Both the position numbers and the translations under genes were made by a program. Of a stretch of 64,000 nt of DNA, positions 60,761 to 64,000 are shown piece after piece. Position 1 is the first letter of the stretch, and each line of letters begins with the position of its first letter. This stretch comes from an uncultured Bifidobacterium sp. (GTDB lineage Bacteria > Actinomycetota > Acidimicrobiia > Acidimicrobiales > Ilumatobacteraceae), in the NCBI GenBank assembly GCA_964432845.1, contig CAYSPE010000003.1:7422-71421 (forward strand), in the 5' to 3' direction. The notes under the pieces are model-generated. The model was not told the origin of the DNA. It saw only the letters and a program-made list of their open reading frames with translations, and did no database searches.

Positions 60761-62089
60761 CTACTTATTGAAACGGCGACGAATGGCGTTGCCGTGTGCG
60801 GGGAAACCTTCGTGATCGGACATGGCAATCACGGTTTCACTCATACGACGCAGTGCGGATTCATTCGACTTGGCCACTGCGGTGCGCTTGAGGAATGCAT
60901 CGACGGTGATGCCCGACGACACATGAGCAAAGCCGCTGGTGGGCAATGAGGCAGGCGCGCCGATAACAAAGTTGCCTGCGCTGAACGGTGTGTTCTGGCC
61001 GATCAGAATTTCGCCGGCGTTCACCAACATGCTCACCAAGGCGTTTTCTTGCGCGGAGTGAACGGCAATTTGAAGGTGTTCTGGTGCGTACATGTTGGCA
61101 ACTTCTGCGGCCTCTTCGAGTGACGACACCAATACCGCGCCGCCGTTGTTACCAAGTGATGCGCGTGCGGCGGTTGCCCGCACTGCGGGCAAGTCGGCCA
61201 GTTGCTTTTCCAATTCAGCATCGACTGCATTGATGAGGTCGGCCGACGTGGTGACGAGCACAACCGATGAGTCGGTGCCGTGTTCGGCCTCAATCAGAAG
61301 GTCGGCAGCAAGAAACTCAACGTTTGCTGTGTGATCGGCAATAACCAAACTTTCGGTGGGGCCGAGCAACATCATGGTGGCAAGTCCATGGCGTTGCATT
61401 TCCACTTGCGCCAAGGTGACTGCAGGACTTCCGGGGCCCACCACTTTTCGGACCGGGGTAATTGATTCGGTGCCAAAACCCAATGCCGCAATTCCGGCTG
61501 GTCCGTTCACACGGAACACATTGGAGATTCCCAACATGCGGCACACCACAAGTACGGCGGGGTCTACCTCTCCCGTGCCTCCTGGAATGGGGGGAACAAT
61601 CAATGAAATGTGGGGAACTCCGGCGACAACAGCGGGGACGGCCAACTGGTACGCCACTGAGGGGTAACTGGCCTTCCCGCTTGGAACAAAAAGGCCGACA
61701 CTGGATATTGGCGTGATTTTCTCGCCTGCGGTGAGGCCAGGCTCAATTTCGACTGACCAATCAGAGGCGCGATTGCGAAGTGCGACATTGAACGTTTTCA
61801 AGTTGGTGATGGCATCCGCCAACGCTTCTTCCAAAGCCGGCTCCACCGAGGCGGCTGCAATCTCAGCTGCAGAGACTCGTAATTGGTGAGGAGCGAGAGT
61901 GATTCCGTCGAACTTGGCTAGCGCATCACAGACCGCTACGTCGCCACGCGTACGGACGTCTTCAATGAGAGCACCAATGGATTCGCGCAAAGCAGGGTTG
62001 AAAATGTCGTGAATTCCGCGGTGGCAGAGCGCATTGCGGTCTGCAGGGGACATGGCGGCCCATTCTTGGCGTTGGAGCACTGCGTTCAC
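60761..62089 (-). CDS. hisD: Histidinol dehydrogenase family protein (divergent, stand-alone)
   Basis: 442 aa, GTG start. HisD-like layout (RTRGDVAVCDALAKFDG, GPTESLVIAD, EAEHGTDSSVVLVT), but the usual GPGNxYV / AGPSE / QAEHD motifs are altered. Confidence 0.75.
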   Translation of the reverse strand: MNAVLQRQEWAAMSPADRNALCHRGIHDIFNPALRESIGALIEDVRTRGDVAVCDALAKFDGITLAPHQLRVSAAEIAAASVEPALEEALADAITNLKTFNVALRNRASDWSVEIEPGLTAGEKITPISSVGLFVPSGKASYPSVAYQLAVPAVVAGVPHISLIVPPIPGGTGEVDPAVLVVCRMLGISNVFRVNGPAGIAALGFGTESITPVRKVVGPGSPAVTLAQVEMQRHGLATMMLLGPTESLVIADHTANVEFLAADLLIEAEHGTDSSVVLVTTSADLINAVDAELEKQLADLPAVRATAARASLGNNGGAVLVSSLEEAAEVANMYAPEHLQIAVHSAQENALVSMLVNAGEILIGQNTPFSAGNFVIGAPASLPTSGFAHVSSGITVDAFLKRTAVAKSNESALRRMSETVIAMSDHEGFPAHGNAIRRRFNK

Positions 62090-62181
62090 CTCATGAAACC
62101 TACCTGCGCAATCTCCATCACTAAGGCTGATATTCGTCTCTACCGACTAGAGTTCAGTCACGTTCCGAAGGAGGAGCGTTT

Positions 62182-63453
62182 ATGGCCGTCAGTGTTGTTG
62201 TAGGCACCCAGTGGGGTGACGAAGGAAAGGCCAAGGTCATTGACCATTTGGCCGCCTCTCACAGCATCGTTGCTCGCTATCAGGGCGGGCACAACGCGGG
62301 CCACACCGTGGTCATCGGATCTGAGAAGTACGCATTGCAGCTCACGCCTAGTGGCGTTTTTTATGACACGGTGACACCAGTTATCGGTAACGGCGTCGTG
62401 GTGGATTTGCCCACACTGTTCAAAGAAATCGATTCGCTTGAGTCGCGTGGCGTCTCGTGTTCGCGGCTCAAAGTGTCAAGTCTTGCGCATCTTATTTTCC
62501 CCTGGCATCAGGCAATTGATGCGGCGTTGGAAAATGCTCGCGGTGAGGCAAAAATCGGCACCACACTGAAGGGCATCGGACCTGCGTATGTTGACAAAGT
62601 CAAGCGATCAGGTCTCCGTGTGGGAGAGGTTCTCAACATCTCCACATTCGAAACAAAACTGAGAGAACGCGCCATTGCCGCACGTCGCGAAGTGAGTGAC
62701 ATCGGCGGAGACACTTTTGACGTTGAGGCAGTCGTGACGCAATTCGTTGCGTTCGCTCAGCGACTTGCTCCATATGTTGCTGACACCGTGAATTTGTTGC
62801 ACGACGCTCGCGAAGCAGGACAAGCGATCTTGCTGGAAGGCGCACAGGCCACGTTCCTCGACGTTGACCACGGCACATACCCATTTGTGACATCTTCAAA
62901 TCCAACATCAGGTGGGGCCGCTGTCGGCACCGGACTTGGGCCACGACATATTGATCGGGTTGTGGGTATTGCGAAGGCATATACAACTCGCGTTGGTGCA
63001 GGTCCGTTCCCAAGTGAACTCACCGATGCGCTTGGCGATGCACTTGTAGACATTGGGCGCGAATTCGGAACTGTCACGGGTCGGCGTCGTCGTACTGGGT
63101 GGCTCGACACGGTGATGCTGCGACATGCAACTCGTCTGAATTCACTCACCGAGATTGCTCTCACGAAGCTTGATGTGCTTGACACATTCGACGAAGTAAA
63201 AGTGTGTGTCGCCTACAAGATCAACGGCGAAGTGGTGAAGAACTACCCCGACACTGTTGAACGACTTGCAGAAGTGGAACCCGTGTACGAAACCCTGTCC
63301 GGGTGGAAGTCGAGCACGGAGGGCATCACCTCGTTCGATGCATTGCCTGAAAGCGCAAAGAAGTTGGTGGCAATCGTGGAGCGTGAAACAGGAATTCCAG
63401 TGTCACTAATTGGTACCGGACCATCACGCGACGCAATTGTGGAGCGTTCATGA
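62182..63453 (+). CDS. purA: Adenylosuccinate synthase
   Basis: 423 aa. GTQWGDEGKAK P-loop, GGHNAGHT, and GIGPAY. Confidence 0.96.
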   Translation: MAVSVVVGTQWGDEGKAKVIDHLAASHSIVARYQGGHNAGHTVVIGSEKYALQLTPSGVFYDTVTPVIGNGVVVDLPTLFKEIDSLESRGVSCSRLKVSSLAHLIFPWHQAIDAALENARGEAKIGTTLKGIGPAYVDKVKRSGLRVGEVLNISTFETKLRERAIAARREVSDIGGDTFDVEAVVTQFVAFAQRLAPYVADTVNLLHDAREAGQAILLEGAQATFLDVDHGTYPFVTSSNPTSGGAAVGTGLGPRHIDRVVGIAKAYTTRVGAGPFPSELTDALGDALVDIGREFGTVTGRRRRTGWLDTVMLRHATRLNSLTEIALTKLDVLDTFDEVKVCVAYKINGEVVKNYPDTVERLAEVEPVYETLSGWKSSTEGITSFDALPESAKKLVAIVERETGIPVSLIGTGPSRDAIVERS

Positions 63454-64000
63454 TCAAGCGCTATTCCACCATTGAAACCGACAATCTCTTTTCAGAAGTG
63501 GGCAAGATGTCCCGCTGGTTGGAGATCGAACTGTGCGTGGTGGAAGAGCTTGCTGTTGCAGGAATTGTTCCCGCTGAAGCTGCAGTGGCGTGTCGCACCA
63601 ATGCACCGGTGATTGATGAAGCATTTGTTCAACAGGTAGAAGAACGAGAGGCAATCACCAATCACGATGTTGCTGCTTTTGTTGATGTTGTTCAACAATC
63701 AATCGGCGCTCCACACGGAACATGGATTCACTACGGTCTCACCAGCACAGATGTAGTGGATACTGGTTTGTGTTGGGCATTACGTGATGTGTGCCAATTT
63801 ATTGACACTGCTGTGACTGATCTGGCCAACGCCATCGCAGATATTTCGGAGACTCATCGTCACACTTCAATGATCGGCCGCACACACGGCATACATGCTG
63901 AACCAACAACGTTCGGCGCAAAAATGGCATTGTTCGGTCTACAGGTTCTTCGTGATCGTGAGCGCTTGCGTCGAGCTGCAGAAACCATGTCAGTCTGCAA
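63450..64000 (+). CDS. purB: Adenylosuccinate lyase, 5' part (continues beyond the window)
   Basis: The ATG at 63450 overlaps the purA stop (ATGA). MIKRYSTIETDNLFSE..., HYGLTSTDVVDT, and GRTHGIHAEPTTFG. The frame is open to the window end. Confidence 0.9.
   Translation, partial: MIKRYSTIETDNLFSEVGKMSRWLEIELCVVEELAVAGIVPAEAAVACRTNAPVIDEAFVQQVEEREAITNHDVAAFVDVVQQSIGAPHGTWIHYGLTSTDVVDTGLCWALRDVCQFIDTAVTDLANAIADISETHRHTSMIGRTHGIHAEPTTFGAKMALFGLQVLRDRERLRRAAETMSVC

Noticed and set aside
1-64000. Search for a mobile element, prophage, toxin-antitoxin, defence island or biosynthetic cluster.
   Set aside because: I recognised no transposase, integrase, recombinase, phage structural, nuclease/helicase defence-type or PKS/NRPS-like ORFs. 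Nearly every gene fits conserved actinobacterial origin-region synteny.

Overview
This window is the chromosomal replication-origin neighbourhood of an actinobacterium. GC content looks moderate by eye. Coding is very compact, with many ATGA/GTGA/TTGA/TAATG start-stop overlaps.

Gene order matches the Mycobacterium-type core.
- Minus strand: dnaA-dnaN-recF-dciA(DUF721)-gyrB-gyrA-(small ORF)-DUF3566-tRNA-Ile, then a Fur-family block and tRNA-Ala-purU.
- Plus strand: rpmH-rnpA-yidD-yidC-jag-rsmG-parA-parB.
- Next comes the block cwlM-trxA-moaB-like-trxB-membrane protein-anti-sigma-ECF sigma (SigM-like)-Ser/Thr kinase-DegV-large secreted protein-GNAT, divergent from cca.
- Further right: rpsF-ssb-rpsR-rplI-dnaB, dcd, an aminotransferase, a large repeat/OmpA-like surface protein, an MBL hydrolase and an Fe-S reductase.
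- The right end holds a cNMP-binding protein, gpmI, the HspR-type dnaK-grpE-dnaJ-hspR-clpB unit, a hisD-like gene, purA and purB (partial).
- The left end carries a small IclR-associated cluster of a CoA-transferase and a citryl-CoA-lyase-like gene.

I saw no transposase, integrase, CRISPR array, rRNA or recognisable defence genes. I could not identify a self-contained novel multi-gene system.

The most noteworthy signals are:
1. Five separate DnaA-box clusters, plus a triple perfect parS array flanked by perfect DnaA boxes.
2. Two genes (cwlM, ECF sigma) whose conserved N-terminal coding sequence extends upstream of any canonical start codon.
3. A tRNA-Ala whose CCA end lies 2 nt from the purU start codon.
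4. A stand-alone, apparently active kinase with a discoidin-like ectodomain, at the position where mycobacteria have the MurJ-pseudokinase fusion.
5. An accessory delta-60-repeat/OmpA-like giant protein with poly-Thr/poly-Gly repeats.

All functional calls rest on motifs and synteny read by eye. No database search was run.
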